Notes under the pieces: model-generated
What the model was told of the DNA's origin: nothing
Seen by the model: the letters and a program-made list of their open reading frames with translations, nothing else
Databases searched by the model: none
Shown: in pieces, positions 40,760 through 51,297 of the stretch
Layout: the number at the start of each line of letters is the position of its first letter
How positions within the stretch are numbered: position 1 is the stretch's first letter
Translations under genes and position numbers: made by a program
Origin: Polyangiaceae bacterium
Lineage (GTDB): Bacteria; Myxococcota_A; Polyangia; Polyangiales; Polyangiaceae
Direction: 5' to 3'
DNA: 64,000 nt
Assembly: GCA_050287085.1 (NCBI GenBank)
Contig: JBNKBE010000008.1
Location: forward strand, 32,008-96,007

Positions 40760-42675
40760 GGCTCTTGGTTCAACGCAGCGACGTGGGGGATTTTCGACGC
40801 CGCTACCGTTGGATGGTCTTGGTCGTGCTGGCGACCTTTGCGGTACTAACGGGACGGGTTGCGCAGCTGCAGCTGGTCCAGGGTGAGAAGCACAAGGCAC
40901 AAGCGCGTCGCAACATCATTGGGCGTACGACGCTGGCCACGACCCGCGGGGTACTTCGCGACAAGGAGGGGCGTGTGCTGGCCGCCAATCGCCCCTCGTA
41001 CAACGTTTACATCGTCCCGGACCGTTTGGATCTGGAAACGACTTGGCTCGACCTCGCGAAGTACATGGGGCTGGAAAGCGAAGAAGAGGCACGCCTCAAG
41101 AAGCGCATCGAGGAGCAGGTGGGCCGCAAGCGCACTCAGCAGATGCTGCTGAAGGTGGATGTCAAGTGGGAGGTCTTTGCCGCACTTCAAACCCACAAGG
41201 ATGAGCTGCCAGGGGTGATCGCTGCGCCGATGCCTGTGCGGTATTATCCCTACGGCCAGTTGGCGGCGCACCTGCTCGGCTACATGCGTGAGGTAAGTCA
41301 GGAAGACCTGGTGAGGCTGCGGGGCAGCGGCTACCGCGCCGGGGATCGCCTCGGGGCGATTGGAGTCGAACGACGCTGGGAGAGCTACCTGCGCGGCCAG
41401 CGCGGTTGGCAAAAGCGCGTTATGGGTCGGCGTGCACGCAAGAACATCGAGGCTTTCGAGAATCAGTACCTCAAAGAGCCCCGCAAGCTGGAGCCGGTAC
41501 CAGGCAAAGATATCTCGCTGACGATCGATATCGAGCTGCAGCGTTCCATCGAGCGGGCCATGCGCGGTCAGTTGGCAGGTGCGGTGGTGGTGGTTGATGT
41601 CAGAACCGGGCGGCTGCTCGCGGCTCTATCGAAGCCGAGCTTCGATCCGAATATCGTTTCGGGCGCAGAAGGCACCAAGGCGATCAGTAGAGCGTTCGTG
41701 CGGATGTACAAGGACCCTCTGAAGCCGCTGCTCGACAAGACCATCTCCGCCGCCTACCCGCCGGGCTCTACGTACAAGCCGTTCACCGCTTTGGCTGGGT
41801 TGAACGAACGTTTGATTACGCCCTACTCTCAGGTCGAGTGTCGGGGCGGGTTCGAGTTTGGTCGTCGCTTCTTCCGCTGTACGGGGGCCCACGGTCGGGT
41901 AAATCTGCACGAGGCGATTGTGCGCTCCTGCAATACCTACTTCTATGCGCTCGGCGAGTTGATTCACATCGATCGCCTTTCGAAGATCGGGATGGACTTC
42001 GGATTTGGTGAGAAGACTGGCATCGGCGTAAACCCCGAGGCACGCGGGCGCATGCCTACACGTGCTTGGTATTCCAAACGGTACAAGGGTGAAGGCTTTC
42101 GTGGCGGCTTCACCCTGCTGTCGGCGATCGGCCAAGGGGCATCGACCGTCACCGTGATGCAGCTCGCGTTGGCGTATGCGGCCCTGGCCAATGGTGGGAC
42201 GCTCTACCAGCCCCAAGTGGTGCGTTCGATCGAAACCGAGACCGGCACACTGCTTCAGGAGTTTCCCCCTCGCGTTCGTCGCATCATCGACCTTCCTCCA
42301 GAGCGGCTGGGCATGATTCAGGATGCACTGCAGGGCGTGGTTGTCGACCGTCATGGGACCGCCCATAAAGAGGCCCTTGAGGGGGTCGACCTGGCCGGAA
42401 AGACCGGTACCGCAGAGGTAAGCCGGGTGACTCCGCGTGGTGTCGACCCGAAGACAGTGTGGTATTTCAATCGCGACCACGCTTGGTTCGCGGGCTACGC
42501 GCCGTCGGAGTCTCCGGAGATCGCCATCGTTGTGCTCGTCGAGCACGGCGGCGGTGGCGGCAAGAATGCCGTTCCTGTAGCGATGCGCGTGGTTCGCGAT
42601 TGGCAGGCGCAACGTGCACAGAAGCGCACCGAGCGCAAAGGGCGAGCACGGCAGGCGGCGGAGGAGCGTCTGTGA
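40756..42675 (+). CDS. mrdA: Penicillin-binding protein 2
   Basis: STYK, SCN, KTG motifs; GTGA overlap with mreD. Confidence 0.95.
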   Translation: MRLLVQRSDVGDFRRRYRWMVLVVLATFAVLTGRVAQLQLVQGEKHKAQARRNIIGRTTLATTRGVLRDKEGRVLAANRPSYNVYIVPDRLDLETTWLDLAKYMGLESEEEARLKKRIEEQVGRKRTQQMLLKVDVKWEVFAALQTHKDELPGVIAAPMPVRYYPYGQLAAHLLGYMREVSQEDLVRLRGSGYRAGDRLGAIGVERRWESYLRGQRGWQKRVMGRRARKNIEAFENQYLKEPRKLEPVPGKDISLTIDIELQRSIERAMRGQLAGAVVVVDVRTGRLLAALSKPSFDPNIVSGAEGTKAISRAFVRMYKDPLKPLLDKTISAAYPPGSTYKPFTALAGLNERLITPYSQVECRGGFEFGRRFFRCTGAHGRVNLHEAIVRSCNTYFYALGELIHIDRLSKIGMDFGFGEKTGIGVNPEARGRMPTRAWYSKRYKGEGFRGGFTLLSAIGQGASTVTVMQLALAYAALANGGTLYQPQVVRSIETETGTLLQEFPPRVRRIIDLPPERLGMIQDALQGVVVDRHGTAHKEALEGVDLAGKTGTAEVSRVTPRGVDPKTVWYFNRDHAWFAGYAPSESPEIAIVVLVEHGGGGGKNAVPVAMRVVRDWQAQRAQKRTERKGRARQAAEERL

Positions 42676-43793
42676 TCCCTTACGTTCGCGGCAGCCTGAG
42701 GGGCAAGGAGCAGTTCGACTGGCCCCTATTCTTGGCGATTCTCGGGATCGCAGTGGTAGGGGTGGTCAATCTCTACAGCGCGACGAGCCCGTATATCGAA
42801 GTCCAGAACAAAACGGGGCTTGCCGACGTCTACGTCTCGCAAGTCTATTGGCTTGTGGTGGGCGGACTGCTCGGGATCGCCGTGGCACTGGTCGACTACC
42901 GGAACTTCGAGCGACTCGCGTATGTCCTATACGGCGCTGGGATCGTGTCTTTGGTCCTGGTCTTCGTCTTAGCTTCCGATGTGCGGGGTGCGTCTCGCTG
43001 GATCAAACTGGGCAGCTTCGCGTTTCAGCCGAGCGAGTTCATGAAACTCGCGGTGATCGTGGCTGTGGCGCGTTTTCTCGCCGACGATCTGAAGACCGAG
43101 GCGCGGACCCTCTTCGACCTTCTTCCGGCAGGGCTTCTCTGCGGTCTGCCCGCCGCCTTGGTGATGGCGCAGCCCGACTTCGGGACATCCACCATCTATG
43201 CGCTCAGCGTTGCATGCATGCTGGCGATGACACGCATCCGCGTGATGAGTGTTGTCTGGCTTGCCTCCGCGCTGGTGCTTTCGGTCCCGATCTTGTGGCT
43301 CTACGTTCTACGTGACTACCAGAAGGGGCGGGTGCTCAGCTTCATCAATCCCGCCAAGGATATCGCAGGCACGGGCTGGCATGCCTTCCAGTCTCAGACG
43401 GCGATCGGCAACGGTGGCTTGTGGGGCGCTGGCTTTCGCGAAGGCACGCAGAATCAGTTTGGTTTCTTGCCGGACCAGTACTCGGACTTCCCGTTCTCGG
43501 TGTTTGCAGAAGACTGGGGCTTCGTTGGCTGCGTGCTCCTGCTTGCGCTCTATGGCTTTGTCTGTGTCTGGTCGATCAAGATTGCCAGTATGGCCAAGGA
43601 CAAGTTCGGCGCCGCCGTTGCCATCGGGGTTGGGTCGATGTTCTTCTTCCACACCGCCTTCAATGTGGGCATGGTGGTCGGACTCCTTCCGGTGGTGGGC
43701 ATCACCTTGCCTCTGTTTTCCTATGGCGGATCGAGCTCGATCACCACGTTGATCGGCCTCGGACTGTTGATGAATATCTCGAGTCGGCGCTAG
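42672..43793 (+). CDS. rodA: SEDS glycosyltransferase RodA
   Basis: FQPSEFMK, QPDFG, SDFPFSVFAEDWG, GITLPLFSYGGSS. Confidence 0.95.
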   Translation: MIPYVRGSLRGKEQFDWPLFLAILGIAVVGVVNLYSATSPYIEVQNKTGLADVYVSQVYWLVVGGLLGIAVALVDYRNFERLAYVLYGAGIVSLVLVFVLASDVRGASRWIKLGSFAFQPSEFMKLAVIVAVARFLADDLKTEARTLFDLLPAGLLCGLPAALVMAQPDFGTSTIYALSVACMLAMTRIRVMSVVWLASALVLSVPILWLYVLRDYQKGRVLSFINPAKDIAGTGWHAFQSQTAIGNGGLWGAGFREGTQNQFGFLPDQYSDFPFSVFAEDWGFVGCVLLLALYGFVCVWSIKIASMAKDKFGAAVAIGVGSMFFFHTAFNVGMVVGLLPVVGITLPLFSYGGSSSITTLIGLGLLMNISSRR

Positions 43794-43990
43794 CTCGTCG
43801 CTGTGCGCCCCGAGCTGCTCCAGTAGCCCTGCGGTCCTCCAGTAGCCCTGCGGTGCTCGCTTCTCACGCGCCCACCTCGCGGCGGCCTCGACCGGCTCGC
43901 GAATGACTTCTCATCCGCGGGCCCAAGGTGGGCTCCTGCTGCTCGACAAGCCCATGCGCCCACGTTGGCCGCGCACGGGCTCGGATGGCG

Positions 43991-46900
43991 TTATTCGTCG
44001 AGGCGAAAGAGCTCTTCCAGATCGGCGCGGCTGAGCTTCTTGGAACCACCGCTGTCGGCGCTCAGGACAGAGGAGACGAGCTCTCGCTTCTTTTCTTTGA
44101 GCTGCAAGATCTTCTCTTCGATGGTGCCCTCCGCGACCAAGCGATAGACCGTGACCACACGCTTCTGGCCGATGCGGTGGGCACGGTCGGACGCTTGGTC
44201 CTCGACGGCTGGATTCCACCAGGGGTCAAAGTGGATGACGGTGTCTGCGGCTGTTAGGTTGAGGCCTGCGCCGCCTGCTTTCAAACTGATGAGAAAGACG
44301 GAGATGGTGGGGTCTGTTTGGAAGTTCTCGATGGCCTGATGGCGGTCCTTCGTAGAGCCGTCTAGGTATTCATACTTCACCTTGTCTTCGACGAGGGCCG
44401 TGCGAATCAGCTGAAGCATGGTGACGAACTGGCTGAAGATGAGCACTTTGTGCCCGCCTTCCTCTGCTTCATTGACCAGTTCCCGCAAGGCCATGAGTTT
44501 CGCGCTATCGGTGTCCTTGAACTCTCGAGGCAAGCCCAGTAGTCGAGGATCGCATGCGGCTTGGCGCAGCTTAGTCAGGCCCGCAAGAATGTGCAGCTGG
44601 CTCTTGCCGATGCCGGATTTCTCGACCTCGCCCATGACTTGCTCGCGAACTTCTCGCAAGATCTGGCCGTACACGGCCTTCTGATCGGGTGCCATGTCGA
44701 TGACCTTGTCGCTCTCGATCTTCGGCGGCAGGTCGTCGGCCACTTCGAGTTTTGTTCGACGTAGAATGAAGGGGTGAATTACCGCGCGGAGACGCGATGC
44801 AGCCTTGGCGTCGCCTTGGTCGATAGGGCGAGCGAAGCGCTCTTCGAACTTGTTGAGCGGGCCCAACAGACCGGGACTGACGAACTCGAAGATCGACCAG
44901 ATTTCGCTGAGCCTATTCTCGATCGGGGTACCGGTCAGTGCAAGACGGCGTCTTGAGTTCAGCTCGCGTGCTGCCAGCGCGGTGGCGCTCTCAGGGTTCT
45001 TGATATTCTGCGCTTCGTCCAAAATAGCGTAGTCGAGATCGATCTTGGTGAGCAGCTGAATGTCCCGACGCAGCAAGGCGTAGCTGGTGATGATGACGTT
45101 GGCCGATAGCAACTCTTCCTGTTGGTCTTTGCGGCCGGCGCCGTGCCACATGGCGACGCTTAGGGTAGGAGCGAAGCGGGCGATCTCCCGTTGCCAGTTG
45201 CCGACAACGCTGGTCGGCGCCACGATCAGTGAGCAAAGCGTCTTCTGGTCCTGTTTGACGCTCAGCAGCAGGGCAATAGTCTGAATGGTCTTGCCCAAGC
45301 CCATGTCATCGGCAAGGACACCCCCCGAGGCAATGTCGTGCACGAAACGAAGCCAGGACAGGCCTTGCTCCTGATAGGGGCGCAGCGTTGCCTTGAGCGT
45401 GCGCGGCTTCTTGACCTTCTTGATTTCGTCGATATTGCCGAGTTTTTCGAAGAGCTTCTTCGTGGTGGCGCTCACGCTCTGAATGTCCGCGCGGGCGAGG
45501 AGCTCCTGGACGCGACCCGCTTGCGATAGCGGTATTCGTCCTTGTTTGTTGGCGGCAGCGATGAGCTCCATCTCACGATCCACGAGCTGAGCGACAGTGC
45601 GCGGGTCTATGGGCGCGTAGGAGTTGTCGCTCAGTCGCACGTACTTGGAGCCCTCGCGCAAGCATCGTTCGAGTTCCCGTCGGTCGACGCCAATGCCTTC
45701 GCTTTCGTAAGAAATCTGGAGAGATAGCCAGTCGACGCCGCTGGATACGCGGGCGTTCATCTGCACTGTCTTGTTGCGAATCTCGGCGCCGACCAGGTTT
45801 TCTGGGACGAATAGATCCCAGCTCTCCGGTAGACTGCCAACGCCCTCGGACCAGAAACGGATTGCGTCGTCGCCGCGCGCGATGAAGCTCTCACCCGACT
45901 CGTCGGGTTGAAGACCGAGGCCCACGAGGGTTTGTGCAGCGCTTTGTTGCGCTACGATATCGGTCCGGACGCAGCTGGCGCGGTCCTGACCCGGTTCCGG
46001 TGGTTGGATGATGATGGGCGGTGATATTCCGTCGGCGCGGACCTCCACCTCGAGATCTCCATAGGCGGCGCGGAGCGATACCTCGGCTTCGAGCAAGCTT
46101 CCGGACGCACGCATGCGAAACGTGGGGGGGAGGTCCACGACATCTGCGACTTGTGAGAGGTCCGGCAAGGGCGCTCCGACCTCGAAGGCGATCCGCGGCA
46201 AGCCGTCGGCGATGAGTGAAATCAGGTCGGACGCTGGCTCCGCAATGGTAGGGCTCTTGAGCAAACGTCGCAGCGCGGAGGGTGAAAGCTTGTCGTCGAG
46301 CGGGCGAGCGATACCCTCGTTGGTATCGATATGCCAGCCCGGGGCGCCTTCAAACCAGCCCCCCTGTGAGAGTGGAAAACGGCGTCCGTCACCTTTGGCT
46401 CGGGCGAATACAACCTTGGCGACGATCGTGTCGCGTCCCACCATCTCCAATTCGAATTGCGGTCGGAGCGCATCGTTTTCGAATCTCAGCTGCATGAGCG
46501 CCGGTTCGAGCAACACGCTGCGCCCTTCGAGCAGCGGTAGCAGTTCTGCAGCGTCTTCCCCCCGTACATCCACCGCTGGATGACGTGGGTTGCCGCTTTC
46601 GAAGCGAGCGAGGAGCCTCAGCGCGTCGCGGTCAGGCGTCGGCGCGAGCGCCTGCCACGCCAATGCGACACTGGGCAGCAAGGGCACGCGGCCCTCCACG
46701 TCCAGTACCGTGATGGTCAGGCCCCCCTGTCGGACGTGCGCTCGATACTCCAACTTGAGACGGCGGACCATTCCGGGCGGTGCCAACCACGCGCCGATCC
46801 CAGTCGGGCTTGCGGTGGCGTCCGGGTTGGGTAGGGTCACACCCGGGGGTACTGCGAGAGGCTGCTGCTGAGCTCGTCGTCGTCGTTCACGCCGGCGCGA

Positions 46901-47293
46901 CGACTTCGAGTCTGCACTCTGAGGCGAAAGGGTCGGCGCCGGCGGTTGTGCTTGCTGAGGGGGCGGAACCGGACGCGGGGCTTTGGCACGCGCCTCGTTT
47001 CGCACCGTGATCAACAGGGAAGCGATGTGCTTGCAGTGCTGCTGACTTTTCTGGTGAGCGGGGCAGGTGCAATCGCCAGTGATGCCATTGTCGCCCATGA
47101 AGACTCGAACGACGTAGGGCTCTGGATCAGAGCCGCGCACCTCGCCGGTCGCAACCCCGTCGTTGACCTTGACGCTTTCGACAACGCCCCGCTTCGAGTA
47201 GTCCAACCCGCGCAGAAAAGTCCGCGCGCCAAGCAGCCGTCGAAGGCCGCGATCGGACAAGGTGGATAGTGAATCAGCAAGCGATGAGGACAA
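43991..47293 (-). CDS. SWIM zinc finger + SNF2 family helicase
   Basis: CTC...CKH; LADDMGLGKT, DEAQ, TGTPIEN, QASDRAHRIGQ. Confidence 0.94.
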   Translation of the reverse strand: MSSSLADSLSTLSDRGLRRLLGARTFLRGLDYSKRGVVESVKVNDGVATGEVRGSDPEPYVVRVFMGDNGITGDCTCPAHQKSQQHCKHIASLLITVRNEARAKAPRPVPPPQQAQPPAPTLSPQSADSKSSRRRERRRRAQQQPLAVPPGVTLPNPDATASPTGIGAWLAPPGMVRRLKLEYRAHVRQGGLTITVLDVEGRVPLLPSVALAWQALAPTPDRDALRLLARFESGNPRHPAVDVRGEDAAELLPLLEGRSVLLEPALMQLRFENDALRPQFELEMVGRDTIVAKVVFARAKGDGRRFPLSQGGWFEGAPGWHIDTNEGIARPLDDKLSPSALRRLLKSPTIAEPASDLISLIADGLPRIAFEVGAPLPDLSQVADVVDLPPTFRMRASGSLLEAEVSLRAAYGDLEVEVRADGISPPIIIQPPEPGQDRASCVRTDIVAQQSAAQTLVGLGLQPDESGESFIARGDDAIRFWSEGVGSLPESWDLFVPENLVGAEIRNKTVQMNARVSSGVDWLSLQISYESEGIGVDRRELERCLREGSKYVRLSDNSYAPIDPRTVAQLVDREMELIAAANKQGRIPLSQAGRVQELLARADIQSVSATTKKLFEKLGNIDEIKKVKKPRTLKATLRPYQEQGLSWLRFVHDIASGGVLADDMGLGKTIQTIALLLSVKQDQKTLCSLIVAPTSVVGNWQREIARFAPTLSVAMWHGAGRKDQQEELLSANVIITSYALLRRDIQLLTKIDLDYAILDEAQNIKNPESATALAARELNSRRRLALTGTPIENRLSEIWSIFEFVSPGLLGPLNKFEERFARPIDQGDAKAASRLRAVIHPFILRRTKLEVADDLPPKIESDKVIDMAPDQKAVYGQILREVREQVMGEVEKSGIGKSQLHILAGLTKLRQAACDPRLLGLPREFKDTDSAKLMALRELVNEAEEGGHKVLIFSQFVTMLQLIRTALVEDKVKYEYLDGSTKDRHQAIENFQTDPTISVFLISLKAGGAGLNLTAADTVIHFDPWWNPAVEDQASDRAHRIGQKRVVTVYRLVAEGTIEEKILQLKEKKRELVSSVLSADSGGSKKLSRADLEELFRLDE

Positions 47294-47487
47294 CGAGTTA
47301 CTCCAAAGTTGAAGAAATGGCTGCTACCCGGGATGCCGTGCGTGCTGCGGGTAGCGGGGGGCGACCAGCGAGCGATGCGTCGGGCTTGACCTGTCGTCGG
47401 CTACTCCCGGGGGAGTGAGCTTCTCGAGCGGGTGTTGCGGCAGGAGCGCGGAGGGAGTCAGAGGACAAGGGGTTGGGAGACCTAGGC

Positions 47488-49479
47488 TCAAGGCCGGAGC
47501 ATGAGGAATAGGGCGCCAGCGGCGACGATGGACTTGGCCAGAAGGGCCAGAGCGGAGGGAGAGAAGATGTCCGAGGGCGTGGCGGCAGCCCTGGGTGAGT
47601 CGCCACGTCGGGGTGTAGAGCCGAGTGGATGGGTTGTCGCAAGCAGGGCTGCGCCGACCGCGCACATGGCTCCCGTGAGCCCAATGCTAGGTAGCAGTGA
47701 CGACGCCTGCAAAGGCGCCAGCCACACCAGCAATCCCACGAATACCACCGGCACAGAGATGGCGATGGCTGTTAAGCTAACGGAAGCGATTGGCATGGCG
47801 TTCGCCGCATGGTGGACGTAGTACATGTATTGCGGACGAAAGCTCGCGCTCCCACCGGGTGCGGTGAACGTCTCGTCTGCTGCGCTCGGTGAGGAGGTGT
47901 GGCTCAAGTGGTCCTCCAGACGGCGGCGCGTCGTCATGCGATGATGGGTCAAACGCGCCAGGCAGCTCGCCCACCAGAAAGCTAGGAAGACCACGCCGGC
48001 TGCGAGCACGAGGGCTCCGGCGTAGTTGACGCTGAGGAGGTCGAAACCCCCGTGGCTCGCAAGCGAGCTGATGACGAAAGCCAGTGCAAGGGCGAGCCAG
48101 CCGTGTCGGGTGCGCCCCAAGCGAGCCAGCGCGAGCTCGCCCCCTCCTGCCGCGGCGAAGCGGTGGTTGTCGTCGGCGCTCAGCAAGGGGCGCACTATCG
48201 CCATGAGCTGAGCTGAGAGTTCGCCGGATAGGGCGATTGGATTGCTGGCAAATAGGCCTACCGCAAGCAACGCGAACGTCAGGGCAAGCGGCAAGGACGA
48301 GCTTGCTGCGAGGTATCCGGCGAGCCCGGCCGCCAGTAGCAGGACCGCGAAGCTGCCGCCCAATTCACGCGCACGGAGGGCCGCATCGGATAAGGTGGGG
48401 GCGCCGGCGCCTCCCAGACCCTGACCTGCCGGCGCTGCGAGGACCACCGTTGTGAGTGCCAGTTGCGCGATGACTCCGAGGCCTACAGCGCACCAAGCGG
48501 GAAACCAACCGGTGGCTCCCACCAGCAGCCGCGTTGAGCCGGCGGCGGCTAGGAGAGACAATAAGGCGTCAGCCAGGGCGGCGACGCGTGCGGTGACGAG
48601 CGCGGAGCTACTGCCTCCCAGGGCGACACCCTGCAGCAGTATCCCGCTGCCGAGCAACGACGCGGCCCGCAGCACAAGGGGCAGTCCCCACAACAGGTGT
48701 CTCACTTCCTGCGCGCCGAGCGCCAGGGTGGAGAGGGTGTAAAGCAGTAGGCTCGTGGCCAGGACCTCAACCAAACGAGCCGCGACACCGGCCACAGCGG
48801 GAGCCGCAAGTCTCACGAGCAACGTCGGATCCAACGTGGCATCTTCCCCCGCCTCGGGGGGGCTCCTCTCGCCGGCCGAGGAAGCTTCATATCCGGCCTG
48901 GGTCGTGCACACAAAAGCGGCCCCGCGCAGGTGAAGCAGGAGAGCTGTTGTCAGCGCACCGAAGGTCGCGCCGAGGAGCAACCAAGGGGCGGGCAAGAGG
49001 TGCGCAGAGGCTTCTGCGGGGACCTGGTGGGCCCCGAGGGCCAACAATAGGGCAAAGGCCTCTGCTGCCAGGAGCAGGCCGGCGCCAATCTTCCCCCCCA
49101 GGGTGAGCCTCCGTGGGGCGGACGCCGCTGAAGAACTGGCGCTCAGGGCAGCCCGCAGCAGTGCACTGCTGCCTATCCGCGCCAAACCTATCGCCGCCAG
49201 CGTTCCCGCGATGACCCCGGCCAGCAGCCACCCGCCGGCCTGAGACAAGGCGGAACCTGTCATCGCCAGCGAAAGGCTGAGACTGAGCACCACCAGCCCC
49301 ACAACGGACAGCAATGGGCGGCGCGTTCTGGCGAAGAAGACACCAGCGGCTTTGCCTGCTGCCTGCACCATACGCAGCTGTCGGCCGCTGGCTGGGTCGT
49401 AGGTGAGCAGTGAGCGTGCACACCCCAGCGCTGTCGCGAGGACGACTAGACTGAGCACGAAAGGGAAGAATGCAGGCAT
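47488..49479 (-). CDS. Divergent membrane pyrophosphatase (HppA) homologue lacking catalytic motifs
   Basis: Multi-TM 663 aa. Colinear with mPPases by eye (GERSPPE..D..DP, RPQY, ALALLAK), but [11 protein letters not shown] and DNVGDNVGD are absent. Confidence 0.65.
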   Translation of the reverse strand: [663 protein letters not shown]

Positions 49480-50111
49480 AGGAGCGCAGCAGAAGGTGCC
49501 GTTACGGGCGACACGGGGCGCACCCGTTTTGGCTGGCCACAGGCCTTTGCCAGCAAGCTGGATGTGGATTGCGGCCGATCCGGCGCGGAACGCCGACCGT
49601 TGACGGGTCGAAAACCAACCGGGTTGCGGAGCACACGGCCCGGTCTCGATGCCAGCGCCAGCGCCAGCCGATCACCCGAGACCGCGTTGAGTTTTTCAAG
49701 GCATCAAATCAGATGTCGGACTAGGGACAAGCAGACCTTGTACTCCTCCGGCATCCACGTCCGGCAAACCGGACTCACCGACCATTAGGTAGACAGCAGA
49801 GCCTTGCCTATGACGTCAGCTCCCTGCCGTAACATGAACCGGCCTTGGCTTAGACATGCACGGAATCGCATTCGCAACACCGTTCTGCTTGGGCAAAGAC
49901 CTGCGGCGGGCTAGGGTTCGGTGGGCGTTGTAGCGCCACGCCCAAGGCGCTGACCGAAACCGCGTTCTGCGCCCGCCGCCCTGACGTTTGGTAGCAGCTT
50001 GAAAGGGGAGGTGCAATAAACAAAAATCGCCATCGTGCCATGAGGAGCGGGTTTGAGCGCTGGCCGCCCGCGCCGCTCGGCTCAAGCCTGCGAGCCGGGG
50101 CGGCCCGTCCC

Positions 50112-50714
50112 CTAGTGCCGCTGCATGACCATCAGGTGATAGCGGCCGTACTCGCTCTGCCCGAGCGTGAAGAGCACCTCGATGAACAGCCGCCAAGGCG
50201 TCGTTTCATCCGCGATGATCACCGCCTCAGACATCGACGTATCTTCACCCGCTGCGCCGCGAACGAGCTTGTCCGTGTTGCGCGCGTCGAGCAGAGCGTT
50301 GCCCAAAGGGACGATGTAGAGGTCACCTGGACCGCCGCGCTTGTACTTGGCCCCGGCACCGGTCCGGACCTGCTCCGTGCGCACGGGAAGCTCCAACACC
50401 GGGGTATCACCCACGAGAATTTGGCTCTTGGTGATGACTACCTTCACGCCCTCCTGCGTCGGCTCGGTGCGCAGCACGCTCGTCGGCAAGCGGAGATCTT
50501 CGCTCTGGGGTACCGAGGTGCTCGACTCACCCAACGTCTTGAGCAGAAAGACGAGGATGATCGTCATGATGTCGAGCATCGCGGTGATGTTCAGAAAGTT
50601 CACGTCCGGCTCATGCGCGTTACGCCGGATGGCGCGTCTCAACGCCGCCTTGTATTGTGCCTTGCTGGCGCGCTCGGCGGGCGCCTTGCCGCGAAGGGAC
50701 GAGGAGCGCGCCAC
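50112..50714 (-). CDS. ExbD/TolR family protein (motor set A)
   Basis: LNITAMLDIMTIILVFLL with TM Asp; IIADETTPW. Confidence 0.9.
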   Translation of the reverse strand: MARSSSLRGKAPAERASKAQYKAALRRAIRRNAHEPDVNFLNITAMLDIMTIILVFLLKTLGESSTSVPQSEDLRLPTSVLRTEPTQEGVKVVITKSQILVGDTPVLELPVRTEQVRTGAGAKYKRGGPGDLYIVPLGNALLDARNTDKLVRGAAGEDTSMSEAVIIADETTPWRLFIEVLFTLGQSEYGRYHLMVMQRH

Positions 50715-50715
50715 G

Positions 50716-51267
50716 TTACTTGCTCACCTTGAAGGCAACCGACGGAAACAAGATCTCGCCGGTCGGCGTGTTGCGCAGCGCGTCGATCACATCCACAATC
50801 GCAGAGTAGGGGATATCGGGATTGGCCGACACGTAAGCTTGCTCCTCTTCGCTATACTCCGGCGTTGACGACTTGAGCTCTCGGGCGCAGCGCTGAAGGC
50901 CTTGCAGATCATAGCCGGTGCTCGTGTTCGGAAGGGTCAGACCCGCGCCACGTCCCACGCAGCCGGGGCCCACGTTGCCCCCTTCGGCCTTGACGGCAAG
51001 CCCGTCGCTAACGACGAGCACGGTGAGTCCCAACGTCTTCTTGGGCGTTTCGTCGCGCACGCCCGAGCCCCCAGCTCCCGGGGGCGTGGTTTCGATCGAC
51101 GTCGTGAAAGTGACTGCGACCGTCGCAAGCACGAAGATCAGAATGTTCACGACAATGTCCAAGAAGGGGACGATGTTGAGTTCACCGCCCTCTTCGTCTG
51201 GAGAAAGCTCACGCGGCTGAGAGAGGCGCCGGATACGAGCTCGTTGTGCGGCAGAAAGTTTCGCCAT
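50716..51267 (-). CDS. ExbD/TolR family protein (motor set A)
   Basis: ELNIVPFLDIVVNILIFVL; IPYSAIVDVIDALR. Confidence 0.9.
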   Translation of the reverse strand: MAKLSAAQRARIRRLSQPRELSPDEEGGELNIVPFLDIVVNILIFVLATVAVTFTTSIETTPPGAGGSGVRDETPKKTLGLTVLVVSDGLAVKAEGGNVGPGCVGRGAGLTLPNTSTGYDLQGLQRCARELKSSTPEYSEEEQAYVSANPDIPYSAIVDVIDALRNTPTGEILFPSVAFKVSK

Positions 51268-51297
51268 GCCGGCTGATAGATGCTGAAAAACGCGCTC

